Counted from the first letter of the stretch, positions 36,670-48,430 are shown. The stretch is DNA of 64,000 nucleotides from Mobula hypostoma (GCF_963921235.1 NC_086097.1:13392001-13456000), one strand, 5' to 3'. Numbers and translations are program-made. The notes: generated by a model not told the origin, from the letters alone.

Positions 36670-37490
36670 AGTAGTAGTTATGGCCCAGTCCACTTTGGGT
36701 AAAGCCCTCCCTACCACTAAGCATATCTACAAGGAGCAGTGTCACAGGATGATAACATCCATCATCAGCGACCCCCACCACCCAAGCCATGCTCTCTTCT
36801 TGCTGCTGCCATCAGGAAAAAGGTACAGGAGCCTCAGGACTCACACCACTAGATTCAGGAACAGTTATTACCCTCAATCATCGGGCTCCTGAACCAGAGA
36901 GGATAACTTCACTCAACTTCACTTGCCCCATCACTGACTGTTCCCACAGCCTACAGATTCACTTTCAAGGACTCTTCATGTCGCGTTCTCAATATTTATT
37001 GCTTCTTTATTTATTATTATTATCATCTTTTTTCTCTTTTTTATATTCACTGGACCTGGCCGGTGGCGTAGTGGCATCTGTGCCAGACTTCGGGACGAAA
37101 GGTCCCGAGTTCGAATCCAGCTGGCTCCCCAGCACGCTTTCCATCCGTGCTGGGTTACGAGCTGGTGATCTCTTGGAAGCTCACCCAGCAGAAGGCAGTG
37201 GCAGACCACTGCTGTAACTTGCCGTGTACGCGGTTCCCCACTACGTCAGAGAGGCGTGGAGGGAAATCATCTGCTAACTGGAGAAACTCTGGACGCGTCG
37301 TACCTTTTTTATTAATCTTCACAGTTTGTTGTCTTTTGCACACTCATTATCCACCTTGCTGGTGCAGTCCTTCATTGATTCAATTATAGTTATTGAATTT
37401 ATTGCATATACTCACAAGAAAATGAATCTCAGGTTTGTAGACAGTGATCTATATGTACTCTGATAATAAATTTACTTTGAGCTATAAACT
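36670..37490 (+). mobile_element. Rex1/Babar-like 3' end with nested SINE
   Basis: IISDPHHPSHALFLLLPSGKRYRSLRTHTTRFRNSYYP. The 3' UTR ends AATAAATTTACTTTGA. Confidence 0.75.
37056..37310 (+). mobile_element. tRNA-derived SINE with intact Pol III boxes
   Basis: A box TGGCGTAGTGG at 37064-37074 and B box GAGTTCGAATCC at 37107-37118; CpG-rich body. Confidence 0.75.
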
Positions 37491-37950
37491 TTTGAATTTT
37501 TCTGTTGCATTGGCATCTGTGGATCCAGCTGTGGAGAGATGAGAGAAATTGGTGGTCAAACTCACTGACCCATTTATCTTGCTGAATTTCTTTCAAAGCA
37601 AAAGGCAAGACCAAAGGCAACGTTATATCGCTGTTGGTAACCGTAAGTTTCAGCACAAGGCTGTCTGTATTCAATATGTTCAGCAGCAACAAAATCTGGA
37701 GGCTTCTCCACCACATTACTTTCATACCAACCTCACAAGGGCTTGATGTCTGTATCATAACTGCACCTGCCATTTTGCAAAGCTCTATATTCTTACAGCC
37801 AAGTCCACTGCCCTCTGTGGCCACTTTAGTAGGTAGTTCCTGTACCTCATAATGTGGCCATTGAGTGTATGATCATGGTCTTCTGCTGCTGTAGCCCATC
37901 CGCTTCAAGCTTTGATCTGTTGTGTGTTCAGCGATGCTCTTCTGCACACC

Positions 37951-40424
37951 TCAGGAGGGACAAGAGTCATCAGGAATGACAGCACAACCTGACGTTGGTG
38001 ACTGTAGAGGCTAATTCTGTATCTTCAAACTCTATCAGTAGGGATATAGGAACAACTGGGATGTGGCCACTTGGCTAGTAGGATCCCTCCTGCATCTCTG
38101 CTTCTGTTCAGATTCCTCAAAGTTCTTGGCTCTGCCTTTTGCAAATTTCTCCGGCGGGAGGAGAAGATGGCGGCACGACACAGCGCGCGCAGCTCTCTGG
38201 TGAAATGATATCGTATTTGTTAAATAGGGTACCGTGCACAATTCTGATTTGATGGAGACAGCCGTGAGAAGCATGGAGGAACATCTGGAGAAACTTCTGA
38301 AATGCCCAGTTCGCTGCCGCTACTACTGTGCAATCGAGAGTCTCCGGAGGGAAGACCCCAAAATCCTCGGCTTTACCTGCCGCTGGCGGCCGGGGCTGGG
38401 GTCGAAGTGCTCGGCAGAGATGGTGCTCGGTGTCAGAGTGCTGGTCGGAGGCTCGAAGTTTTCGGATGACTCAGAGTCGGACTGTGGTCGGGCATGGCAG
38501 GGAGAGTTTTCTTCCTTCTCCTGTCTGTGTGAGATGTGGGACTTTCGAGAGACTTTGAACTTTTTTTACCGTGCTCATGGCCTGTTCTTCATCAAGTTAT
38601 GGTATTGCTTGTACTGTTGTAGCTATATGTTATAATTATGTGGTTTTTGTCAGTTTTTCAGTCTTGGTCTGTCCTGTGTTTCTGTGATATCACACCGGAG
38701 GAATGTTGTATCATTTCTTAATGCATGCATTACTAAAAGACAATAAAAGAGGACTGCGTGTCCTCATCATCTAATCTAATCTCCATGGATCAGCGTTCTC
38801 CAGCAGCATCTGTCACAAGCCACCTGCTGCCACACATTGACCTTGATATTTGCCTGATAGAGCAGCTGCTTCAGTTGGTCTTTGTACCTCTTGCACGGGG
38901 CACCACGATCTCTCTTGCCCTGAGAGAGTTCTCCATAGAGTACTGCTTTCGGTAACCATGTTGTCCGTGTGAGACACGTGGCCTGGCCAGTGGAGCTGCT
39001 TGAGCAATAAAGTAGCTTCAATTATTTGGAAGTTGAGCCTCCTCCAGGATCTCGTTGTTGGAGACGTGATCCTGCCAGTTGATACTCATGATGGAGCGGA
39101 GGCAGCACTCGAGTGACCAGATTTGCTTATGGTACAAGACCCCGGTTTCAGAGCCAACTAGCATTGTTGTGACGACAGCGCCCTGTATTCCTGGATTTTT
39201 GTGGACAGACACAGCTGGTGATTCTTCCACACATTTCTGGAGGCAGACAAAGGCACTGCTAGCTCTGGCAAGTCGTTTGTCAACGTCCCTTACTACCACA
39301 GTGTAGTTGGAGATGATGCGCCCAGGTAATCCGAGGAGGGCTGTAAAAGCCAGAAGGGGGCTTCTGTTGGAAGACCGTTGTTTTTTTCAGACTGACCATT
39401 AACCCAGAAGTTCAGCAGCCTTGGGGAATTGTGATTGCAGCCTGTAGTACGTACTCTGCATGCGTGAGAAGAACACAGTCATCCATATATAGTAGCTCAA
39501 GAATGGGCTTTTGAACGGTTTTTGTTTGAGCGAGAGGCGGTGGAGGTTGAAGATATTTTGGTCAGTGCGGAACCAAATTTAGATGCTCTCCAAGGTGGTC
39601 TCCTTTGCTTCCCGTAGCATCCTGCTGAAAAAGATGGCAAAAAGCCAAAACAGAGCCTTGGTAATGCCTGTGTAGTTTGAGCAATCCACTTTCTCCCCTT
39701 TGCTCTTGTACAGAGAGACAATTACAGTGTCACATGTCATTTAGAACTGAACCTTCCCACCGACAGAGTGTGAACAGGTTTGTGAGTTTGCTCAGGAGAA
39801 TGTCTGCCCATTGTGCATGCTTCTGCTGGGATGCCATCAATGCATTTCAGCTTGGAAATAGTGGCTTTGACCTCGTCCGGAGTGGGTGGGCCATCAAGTT
39901 TAAGCCTGATCTCATGCTGGGGATCATTTCAATGGATGCTTCTTGTACTTGATGATTATCCCCAAAGAGGCTCTCGTAGTGCTCTGCCCATTGCTTCATG
40001 AAGGTTTCCTTGACTGTCAGCAGGCTGGAGACGTCGCATGAGTATAGAGGGGCTTGAATCTGACAAGTTGGACTATGCACTATGCGTAGCGATTTGTAGA
40101 GGGCCCAAGTGTTGCCAATGTCTGCATGGTGCTACATTTGTTCTGCTGGGAGGACTGTTCCTTCTGGGGCAGGTTCCGGATTTCAACATTGTTTTCATCA
40201 AACTAGTTCTTGTTTCTCCTTGATGAGTACCCATGTACCTCGACAGCCATATCTTGATGGCAGTCTTCAGGTGTTCCTATTTCTTTACTGTGTCGGAGTC
40301 ATTATTTGTGTTATTGCCGCCTTCCTGTCAGCTTGACCTCTTTCACTATCAAGGGATTTTTTCCCCACAGAATTGCTTCTCACTGGATGCTTTTTTTGGC
40401 TTTCACATCACTCTCTGTAAAATC
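37951..40424 (-). pseudogene. Degraded RTE/BovB-type LINE
   Basis: LPKAVLYGELSQGKRDRGAPCKRYKDQLK, RLARASSAF, catalytic ELLYMDD near 39480 and QWAEHYESLF. Many frameshifts. Confidence 0.85.
38153..38781 (+). mobile_element. CpG-rich non-autonomous retroposon, copy 1
   Basis: Starts GGAGGAGAAGATGGCGGC; ends AATAAAAGAGGACTGCGTGTCCTC plus (ATCTA)n. Inserted in the RTE. Confidence 0.8.
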
Positions 40425-40777
40425 TAGAGACTGTTATATGTGAAATTCCCAGCAGATCAGCATTTTCTGAAATAGTCAAACCACCCCATCTGGCACCAAC
40501 AATTGTTCCACAGTCAAAGCCACCTAGATCACATTTCTTCCACATCCTGATGTTTGGTCTGAACAACACTGAACTTCTTGACCATGTCTGCGTGCTTTTA
40601 TGTATTTATTTGCTGCCACATGATTGGCTGATTAGATATTTGCACCAATGAGCAGATTTACAGATATACCTAATAAATAGGGATCGAGGTGGGGACAATG
40701 GCATTTCATATTTATCTCTAAATGACCTCATGAATTGAGTGACATTTCCGAATGTCATACTGGTAGGTTTGGAGTTA

Positions 40778-41260
40778 CACTGAACTGAATTGACTTTATT
40801 ACCTACATCCTTTATATACATGAGGAGTAAAAGTCTTTACATTGCGTCTCCGTCTAAATGTGCAACGTGCAATTTATAGTAATTTATAATAAATAGTATG
40901 TACAACAGGACAGTCAATATAACAAATACAATTGTATCAACATGAATTAATTAGATTAATGGCCTGGTGGAAGAAACTGTCCCGGAGCCTGTTGGTCCTG
41001 GCTTTTATGCTGCGGTACTGTTTTCCAGATGGTAGCAGCTGGAACATTTGTGTTTGGGGTGACTCGGGTCCCCAATGATCCTTTGGGCCCTTTTTACACA
41101 CCTGTCTTTGTAAACGTCCTGAATAATGGGAAGTTCACAACTACAGACGCGCTGGGCTGTCCGCACCACTCTCTGCAGAGTCCTGCGATTGAGGGAAGTA
41201 CAGTTCCCATACCAGGCAGTGACGCAGCCAGTGAGGATGCTCTCAATTGTGCCCCTGTAG
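40778..41260 (-). mobile_element. Rex1-like LINE 3' end (different subfamily)
   Basis: Minus strand encodes a YRGTIESILTGCVTAWYG-like segment; AATAAA followed by a (TTCAG)n tail. Confidence 0.75.
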
Positions 41261-41469
41261 CAAGGATAGACCGTAAGGATGGCAAACTTCCTTTCCCAAA
41301 GCAGATTTGGTCACCATCACTGACACTAAATTTTGTTCCAATTTTATTTTATCACTTAAACTTTTCCAGCAAGCATGATAGAATTCAAATGTTTGTCTCC
41401 TCGTGAGTGGTTCTGGCCTCCAGCTGGTGAGTCCATGATGTTTATTTGTTTCTTTATCTTGTTGAGATA

Positions 41470-41740
41470 TACTGAGGAACAAACCCTTTTGGCCCACCAA
41501 GCTGCACACCAATCAGCAACCCACCTATTTAACCCTAGCCTAATCACAGGACAATTTACAGTGACCAATTAACCTACTAACCGGTACATCTTTGGAATGT
41601 GGGAGGGAACAAGAGCACCCGGAGGAAACCCATGCAGTGCTGGGAAGGACGTACAAACTTCTTCTAGAGGATGGTGGAATTGAACTTCAACACCCCGAGT
41701 TGTAATAGTGCTGCACTACCCACTACACTGCCCTGCCACT
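41470..41740 (-). mobile_element. V-SINE-like element
   Basis: GAGCACCCGGAGGAAACCCATGCAG...GTACAAACT, the V-domain in reverse orientation. Confidence 0.7.
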
Positions 41741-42065
41741 CCAATATTTTACAATATTCTGTGGCTTTTTTGCAATATTTATTGTAAATATGCCTCTGAA
41801 ATGAACGTTGTGGTTATATGCTTAACCTAACCATATGACTTGTTCTGACCAGCTTAAGTTGATGATAATTTTACTGAGTAATTAACTTCAGGACTTCTGG
41901 ATGGTTTGATGGTTACTGCTATTTACTGGGTATGATATAGTGGAAGTTCAGTAACCTTCTTATTAAATATGCTGTAGAAATCAAACTGAAAAGCTGACAT
42001 TAGTTATCCTGCTGATAGTCCAGTATCTGACAGCATCATTCTTGGAACATTTCATTGTGATATTT

Positions 42066-42665
42066 AATTATGATTATGATTATGAAAACACGCAGTCCCC
42101 TTTTATTGTCATTTAGTAATGCATGCATTAAGAAATGATAAAAATGTTTTTCCAGAATAATATCATGAAAACTCATGACAAACCGACTTAACATATAGTT
42201 ACAACAGTGCAAAGCAATACCATAATTTGATAAGAACAGACCATGCAACAGTAAAAGTCTCAGAGTCACTCGAAAGTCCTATCATCTCACGCAGACGGTG
42301 AACCTCCAGCGCCGCCAACTTGCCGATGCAGCATCCTGGAAGCATACGACCACAGTCCGACTCCGAGTCCGTCCGAAAAACTCCGAGCCTCCGACCACCT
42401 ATTCGACACCGAGCACCGAGCACCGTCTCTGCCGAGCGTTTCGACCCCGGCCCCGGCAACAGGCGATACGCAAAGCTGAGGATTTGGAGCCTTCGTCTCC
42501 GGAGATTCTCGATCACACAGTAGCAGCGGCAACAAAGCAGGCATTTCAGAAGTTTCACCAGATGTTCCTCTGCGCTTTTTCACGGCTGTTCCCATCAAAT
42601 CCGGATTGATGCACGGCCCCCTAGTTACACATATCAATATTCATTTGTAACGGCTGCACACGCTG
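42066..42665 (-). mobile_element. CpG-rich non-autonomous retroposon, copy 2
   Basis: Reverse-complement match to 47310-47970; (ATAATC)n tail; slightly 5'-truncated. Confidence 0.8.
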
Positions 42666-42820
42666 ATTACTGTAATATTTAGTAATTTGCACCATTAGAG
42701 TAACACTTTGTGCTTGGGTTATAAAAATGCTGTTTACATATGATGGACAGTGTCATTCTTCCAGTTCTCATGCACAGATAGTGGCCAATTTGCAGAGAAT
42801 GTAACATAAGTTCTATAATA

Positions 42821-42886
42821 CAGTACTGTGCAAAAGTCTTAGGCACATGTATATAGCTGGGGTGCCTGAGACGTTGCAGAGTACTG
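42821..42886. mobile_element. Tc1-type mini-MITE
   Basis: TA-flanked inverted repeats CAGTACTGTGCAAAAGTCTTAGGCAC...GTGCCTGAGACGTTGCAGAGTACTG. Confidence 0.75.
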
Positions 42887-43159
42887 TATTTGTCAATGCA
42901 AAATGGACAGTGAGTTTGGAAATTGGTGGGAGCAAAGGATGTTGGGAATGACAAAGGTGGAATGCCGGGGGAAGAGTGTGGGACAGGTGGCAGAGAAAGA
43001 TAACCAGGGACGGGGTGGCATGGGTAAATTGAACTGAATTAAATAGGATTAGCCTGTCTCCATTCCTCCTGTGCTCCACAACCTGCACTTTTGTTCTTGC
43101 CACTTTGAGGGAGAGGGTGTTTTCTTGACACCACTGTGTCAGGATGATGACTTCTGGAT

Positions 43160-44493
43160 AGCATACGGCACATCTGGATAGCAGAAACAGGATCGGTCGA
43201 AGTCAACATGGATTTACGAAGGGGAAGTCGTGCTTGGCTTATCTTCTGGAATTTTTTGAGGATGTAACTATGAAAATGGACAAGGGGGAGCCAGTGGATG
43301 TAGAGTACCTGGACTTTCAGAAAGCCTTTGATAAAGTCCCACATAGGAGATTAGTGGGCAAAATTAGGGCACACGGTATTGGGGGCAGAGTACTGACATG
43401 GATTGAAAATTGGCTGGCTGACAGAAAACAAAGAGGAGCGATTAACGGGTCTCTTTCGGAATGGCAGGCGGTGACCAGTGGGGTACCGCAGGGTTCAGTG
43501 CTAGGACCGCAGCTGTTTACAATATATATTAATGACTTAGATGAGGAAATTAAAAGTAACGTTAGCAAATTTGCCGATGACATAAAGCTGGGTGGCAGTG
43601 TGAAATGTGCGGAGGATGTTATGAGAATGCAGGGTGACTTGGACAGGCTGGGTGAGTGGGCAGATGCATGGCAGATGCAGTTTAATGTGGATAAATGTGA
43701 GGTTATCCACTTTGGTGGTAAGAACAGGAAGGCAGATTATTATCTAAATGGAGTCAAGTTAGGAAAAGGGGAAGCACAACGAGATCTAAGTGTTCTTGTA
43801 CATCAGTCACTGAAAGCAAGCATGCAAGTACAGCAGGCTATGAAGAAAGCTAATGGCATGCTGGCCTTCATAACAAGGGGAATTGAGTACAAGAGCAAAG
43901 AGGTCCTTCTGCAGCTGTACAGGGCCCTGGTGAGACCACACCTGGAATACTGTGTGCAGTTTTGGTCTCCAAATTTGAGGAAGGACATTCTTGCTATTGA
44001 GTGAGTGCAGCATAGGTTCACAAGGTTAACTCCTGGGATGGCGGGACTGTCATATGTCAAAAGATTGGAGCAACTGGGCTTGTATACTCTGGAAATTAGG
44101 AGGCTGAGAGGGATCTTATTGAAACATATAAGATTATTAAGGGATTGGACATGCTGGAGGCAGGAAGCATGTTCCCGCTGATGGGTGAGTCCAGAACCAG
44201 AGGCCACAGTTTAAGAATAAGAGATAGGCCATTTAGAACGGAGTTGAGGAAAAACTTTTTCACCCAGAGAGTGGTGGATGTGTGGAATGCTCTGCCCCAG
44301 AAGGCTGTGGAGGCCAAGTCTCTGGATGCTTTCAAGAAAGAGATGGATAGAGCTCTTAAAGATAGCGGAATCAAAGGTTATGGGGATAAGGCAGGAACTG
44401 GATACTGATTGTGGATGATCAGCCATGATCACAGTGAATGGTGGTGCTGGTTCGAAGGGCCGAATGGTCTACTCCTGCACCTATTGTCTATTG
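43160..44493 (+). mobile_element. CR1 LINE, young 5'-truncated copy (RT frame 43234-44004)
   Basis: YLDFQKAFDKVPH, SGVPQGSVLGPQLF, KFADD and WQMQFNVDKC. Premature stop at 44004; (CTATTGT)n tail. Confidence 0.95.
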
Positions 44494-44927
44494 TTCTCTC
44501 TGTAGGCTGTATCGCTATTATTTGATATTAGGCCAATCAGTGTAGTATCATCAGCAAATTTAATTAGCACACTGGCACCGTGGCAACACAGTTATGGCTG
44601 TACAGCAAGTAAAGGAGGGGGCTTACGACACAGCCCTGAGGGGCACCTCTGTTGAGGTCTCAGACACACACAGCCCCTGAGACACAAAGCAGTGTCATTT
44701 GATTCCAAACAATTGGTTTATTACAGAATGTCTCTTTGTTGCTTCCAGTTCCCTCCTGTCTCCATTCCCCTTTTTCCCAACCATGATTCCCCTCTCCCTG
44801 CCTCCTTCCTACTCACAGTCTAAAATAGAGAGGCATATCAGAATCAGGATTACCATCATTCATATGAAACTCACATCAAAGTTGCTGGTGAACGCAGCAG
44901 GCCAAGCAGCATCTATAGGAAGAGGCG

Positions 44928-44965
44928 CAGTCGACGTTTCAGGCCGAGACCCTTCGTCAGGACTA
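44928..44965 (-). ncRNA. Minimal type I hammerhead ribozyme
   Basis: Minus strand: TAGTC CTGACGA AGG-GTCTCGG-CCT GAAA C GTC GACTG. Confidence 0.8.
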
Positions 44966-45880
44966 ACTGAAGGAAGAGTGAGTAAGGGATTTGAAAGCTG
45001 GAGGGGGAGAGCCAAAATGATAGGAGAAGACAGGAGGGGGAGGGATGGAGCCGAGAGCTGGACAGGTGATAGGCAGAAGGGGATACGAGAGGATCATGGG
45101 ACAGGAGGTCCGGGAAGAAAGACGGGGGGGGGGGTGACCCAGAGGATGGGCAAGAGGTATATTCAGAGGGACAGAGGGAGAAAAAGGAGAGTGAGAGAAA
45201 GAATGTGTGCATAAAAAAGAGTAACAGATGGGGTACGAGGGGGAGGTGAGGCCTAGCAGAAGTTAGAGAAGTCAATGTTCATGCCATCAGGTTGGAGGCT
45301 ACCCATACGGAATATAAGGTGTTGTTCCTCCAACCTGAGTGTGGTTTCATCTTTACAGTAGAGGAGGCCGTGGATAGACATGTCAGAATGGGAATGGGAT
45401 GTGGAGTTAAAATGTGTGGCCACTGGGAGATCCTGCTTTCTCTGGCGGACAGAGCGTAGATGTTCAGCGAAGCGGTCTCCCAGTCTGCGTCGGGTCTCAC
45501 CAATATATAAAAGGCCACATCGGGAGCACCGGACGCAGTATATCACCCCAGTCGACTCACAGGTGAAGTGATGCCTCACCTGGAAGGACTGTTTGGGGCC
45601 CTGAATGGTGGTAAGGGAGGAAGTGTAAGGGCATGTGTAGCACTTGTTCCGCTTACACGGATAAGTACCAGGAGGGAGATCAGTGGGGAGGGATGGGGGG
45701 GACGAATGGACAAGGGAGTTGTGTAGGGAGGGATCCTGTCCCATGATCCTCTCGTATCCCCTTCTGCCTATCACCTGTCCAGCTCTCGGCTCCATCCCTC
45801 CCCCTCCTGTCTTCTCCTATCATTTTGCATCTCCCCCTCCCCCTCCAGCTTTCAAATCCCTTACTCACTCTTCCTTCAGT

Positions 45881-45918
45881 TAGTCCTGACGAAGGGTCTC
45901 GGCCTGAAACGTCGACTG
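45881..45918 (+). ncRNA. Minimal type I hammerhead ribozyme
   Basis: TAGTC CTGACGA AGG-GTCTCGG-CCT GAAA C GTC GACTG. Predicted cleavage after C45913. Confidence 0.8.
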
Positions 45919-46077
45919 CGCCTCTTCCTATAGATGCTGCCTGGCCTGCTGCGTTCACCAGCAACTTTGATGTGTGTTGCTTGAATTTCCAGCATCTGCA
46001 GAATTCCTGTTGTATTCATATGAAACTTGTTTTTTTGCAGCTGTAGCAGCAGTACAGTGCAATACATAAAATTACTA

Positions 46078-46142
46078 CAGTGCTGTGGAAAAGTCTTAGC
46101 ACCCTAGCTATACATGTGTGCCTACGACTTTTGGCAGTACTG
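46078..46142. mobile_element. Tc1-type mini-MITE
   Basis: TA-flanked. Same TIRs as 42821-42886 with the spacer in opposite orientation. Confidence 0.7.
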
Positions 46143-46764
46143 TAGGTACCACCAGTTCATTTGTCAATAGATCTGTGGTCCCGGATAACGTGCTCATACA
46201 ACTCTCACATGTGAGCTACTTAAGGAATGCTGACTTGGTTTGTACTTATTTCTTCATTGATTTTCTTTGTAGAATCCTTTCTTCAAGCTAGACTACAAAT
46301 AAAGCCTTTCCCATTACAATGTTGGGGAAAGGGCACTCAATGGATGCAAGTAACTCAGCTTCAACCTTCTATTTAGAGCTGATGCTTTACCTGGCCTCTA
46401 TGTATTGGCCCAAACCCAATACGTCAGCCCAGATAGCAGGAACCTGCCACTGACAACCATGTGTCCTCACTACCCAGAGGTAATAGTTATCATTTTTTAA
46501 GAATGGTAGTTCCCAAACATCGCTGAGTGACTATTTGTCAGTGTATCAGAGAATTTAAGGTGCTACTAGACTAATTATGGTGGTTTAAGAAAACATTGAA
46601 TTTTCTAACTTCTAGTAAATTCCTTCCCTCTCTCTCCTCTCTTTTGCTATTCCCCATTTTGCTACCCCTTACCCTTTCTCTTCTCTTCATCTGTCACTGA
46701 TCACCTCACTTGGATACCCCTCCCTCTTCCCTTTTGCCCGTGGTCTAATCTCCTCTCCTATCAG

Positions 46765-47152
46765 ATTCAAAGTTCAAAGTAAATTTATTATGAAAGTACA
46801 TATATGGCACCATATACAACCCTGAGATTCATTTTCTTGTGGGTATACTTAATAATTCCATAACAGAATAAATGAAAGACCACGCCAACTTGGGCATTCA
46901 ACCAGTGTGAAAAGACAACAAACTATGCAAATATGAAAATAATGAATTAATAATAAGAAATAAATAAGCAGAAAATATTGAGAAGATGAGATGAAGAGTC
47001 CTTGAAAGTGAATCCATTGGTTGTGGGAACAGTTCAGTATTGGGGCAAGTGAAGTTGAGTGAAGCTATCCCCTTTGGTTCAAAAGCCCGGCGTTTGAGAG
47101 GTAACAACCTTTTCTGAACCTGGCAATGTGAGTCCTGAGGTTCCTGCACCTT
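46765..47152 (-). mobile_element. Rex1/Babar-like 3' end
   Basis: Reverse-complement match to 36820-37490; (TTTGAAC)n tail. Confidence 0.7.
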
Positions 47153-47154
47153 CG

Positions 47155-48430
47155 ACTAGGACTAGAATATAAATTAAAAGATATAATATTGAGGCTTTAT
47201 AGAGCAGTGGTGAGGCTTCATTTGGATATTGTGAGTAGTTTGGGGCTCTTATCTAAGAAACGCTGCGCTGACATTGGAGACATTTCAAAGGAGTTCCACA
47301 AAAAGAGGGAGGAGAAGATGACGGCGCGACGCAGCCTCTCTGGTGAAATGATATTGTATTTGTAACTAGGATGCCGTGCACAGTTCTGATTTGATGGAGA
47401 CGGACGTGAGAAGCACAGAGGAACATCTGGAGAAACGTCTGAAATGACCAGTTCGCTGCCGCTGCTATTGTGCGATCGAGAATCTCCGGAGAGTAGGCCC
47501 CAAATCCTCAGCTTTGCCTGCTGCTGGCGGCCGGGACTGGGGTTGAAGTGCTCGGCAGAGATGGTGCTCTGTGCTCGGTGTTGGAGGGCTGGTCGGAGGC
47601 TCAAAGTTTTCGGACGGACCGAGAGTCGGACTGTGGTCAGGTTCTTCCAGGATGCTACATCGGCAAGTTTGCGGCGCTGGAAGCTAATGGCAGGTAGAGT
47701 TTTCTTCCTTCTCCCATCTGCGTGAGATGTTGGGACTTTTGAGAGACTTTGAGACTTTTTTTTACTGTGCCCATGGTCTGTTCTTCTATCAAATTACAGT
47801 ATTGTTTGCACTGTTGTAACTATATGTTATAATTATGTGGTTTTTGTCAGTTTTTCAGTCTTGGTCTGTTTTCTGTTTCTGTGATATCACACTGGAGGAA
47901 CATTGTATCATTTCTTAATGCATGCATTACTAAATGACAATAAAAGAGGACTGCGTGTCCTCATAATCTAAAAAAATTGAACCCAGGATTGAAACACTTG
48001 TCAATGAATAGCATTTGAAGTACTCACTGGAATTCAGAAGAATGAAGAGTGACCTCATTGAAATCTATTCAATGGTGAATGGCCACATTAGAGTGGATGT
48101 GGAGAGGATGTTTCCTATGATGGAGGAGTCTAAGACCAGAGGACAGAACCTCAGAATAAAGGAGTGTCCTTTTAGAATGGAGAGGAGGAGGAACTTGCTT
48201 AGCCAGAGAGTAGTGAATCTGCGGAATTCATTGCCACAGGAGCCCAAGTCATTGGGTATATTTAAGGCAGAGGTTGTCAGATTCCTGATTATTCAGGGCA
48301 TGAAGGGACACAGGGAGAAACCAGGAAACTGGGGCTGAGAGGGAAAATGGATCAGCCATGATGAAATGCCGGAGCAGACTCGATGGGCTAAATGATCTAA
48401 TTCTGCTTGTCTATCTTATAACCTTAAGGT
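47155..48430 (+). mobile_element. CR1 3' fragment interrupted at 47306-47970
   Basis: ORF 48015-48338 with YSLEFRRMKSDLIEIY and SQRVVNLRNSLP. Confidence 0.75.
47306..47970 (+). mobile_element. CpG-rich non-autonomous retroposon, copy 3
   Basis: GGGAGGAGAAGATGACGGCG...AATAAAAGAGGACTGCGTGTCCTCATAATCT. Inserted in an A-run of the CR1. Confidence 0.8.

Larger units (their letters stand above)
37805..40680 (-). mobile_element. Tc1-like derivative split by RTE (parts about 37805-37950 and 40425-40680)
   Basis: Both parts are reverse-complement matches to 21920-22451. Confidence 0.75.
44872..46013 (-). mobile_element. Penelope-like element with inverted 3' arm and 14-bp TSD
   Basis: GIY-YIG frame 45253-about 45730 on the minus strand. 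Inverted arm 45734-46013. TSD ATTCATATGAAACT at 44858-44871 and 46014-46027. Confidence 0.93.

Noticed and set aside
37056..37130. Functional tRNA gene
   Set aside because: Has A and B boxes but no convincing cloverleaf, and continues into a SINE body.
38234..38635. 133-aa ORF in the CpG-rich element as a novel gene
   Set aside because: The frame is not preserved among the three copies and has no recognisable domain.
44872..46013. DNA transposon with long TIRs
   Set aside because: The inverted arms are copies of the PLE 3' region with unequal ends, and the internal ORF is a GIY-YIG endonuclease, not a transposase.
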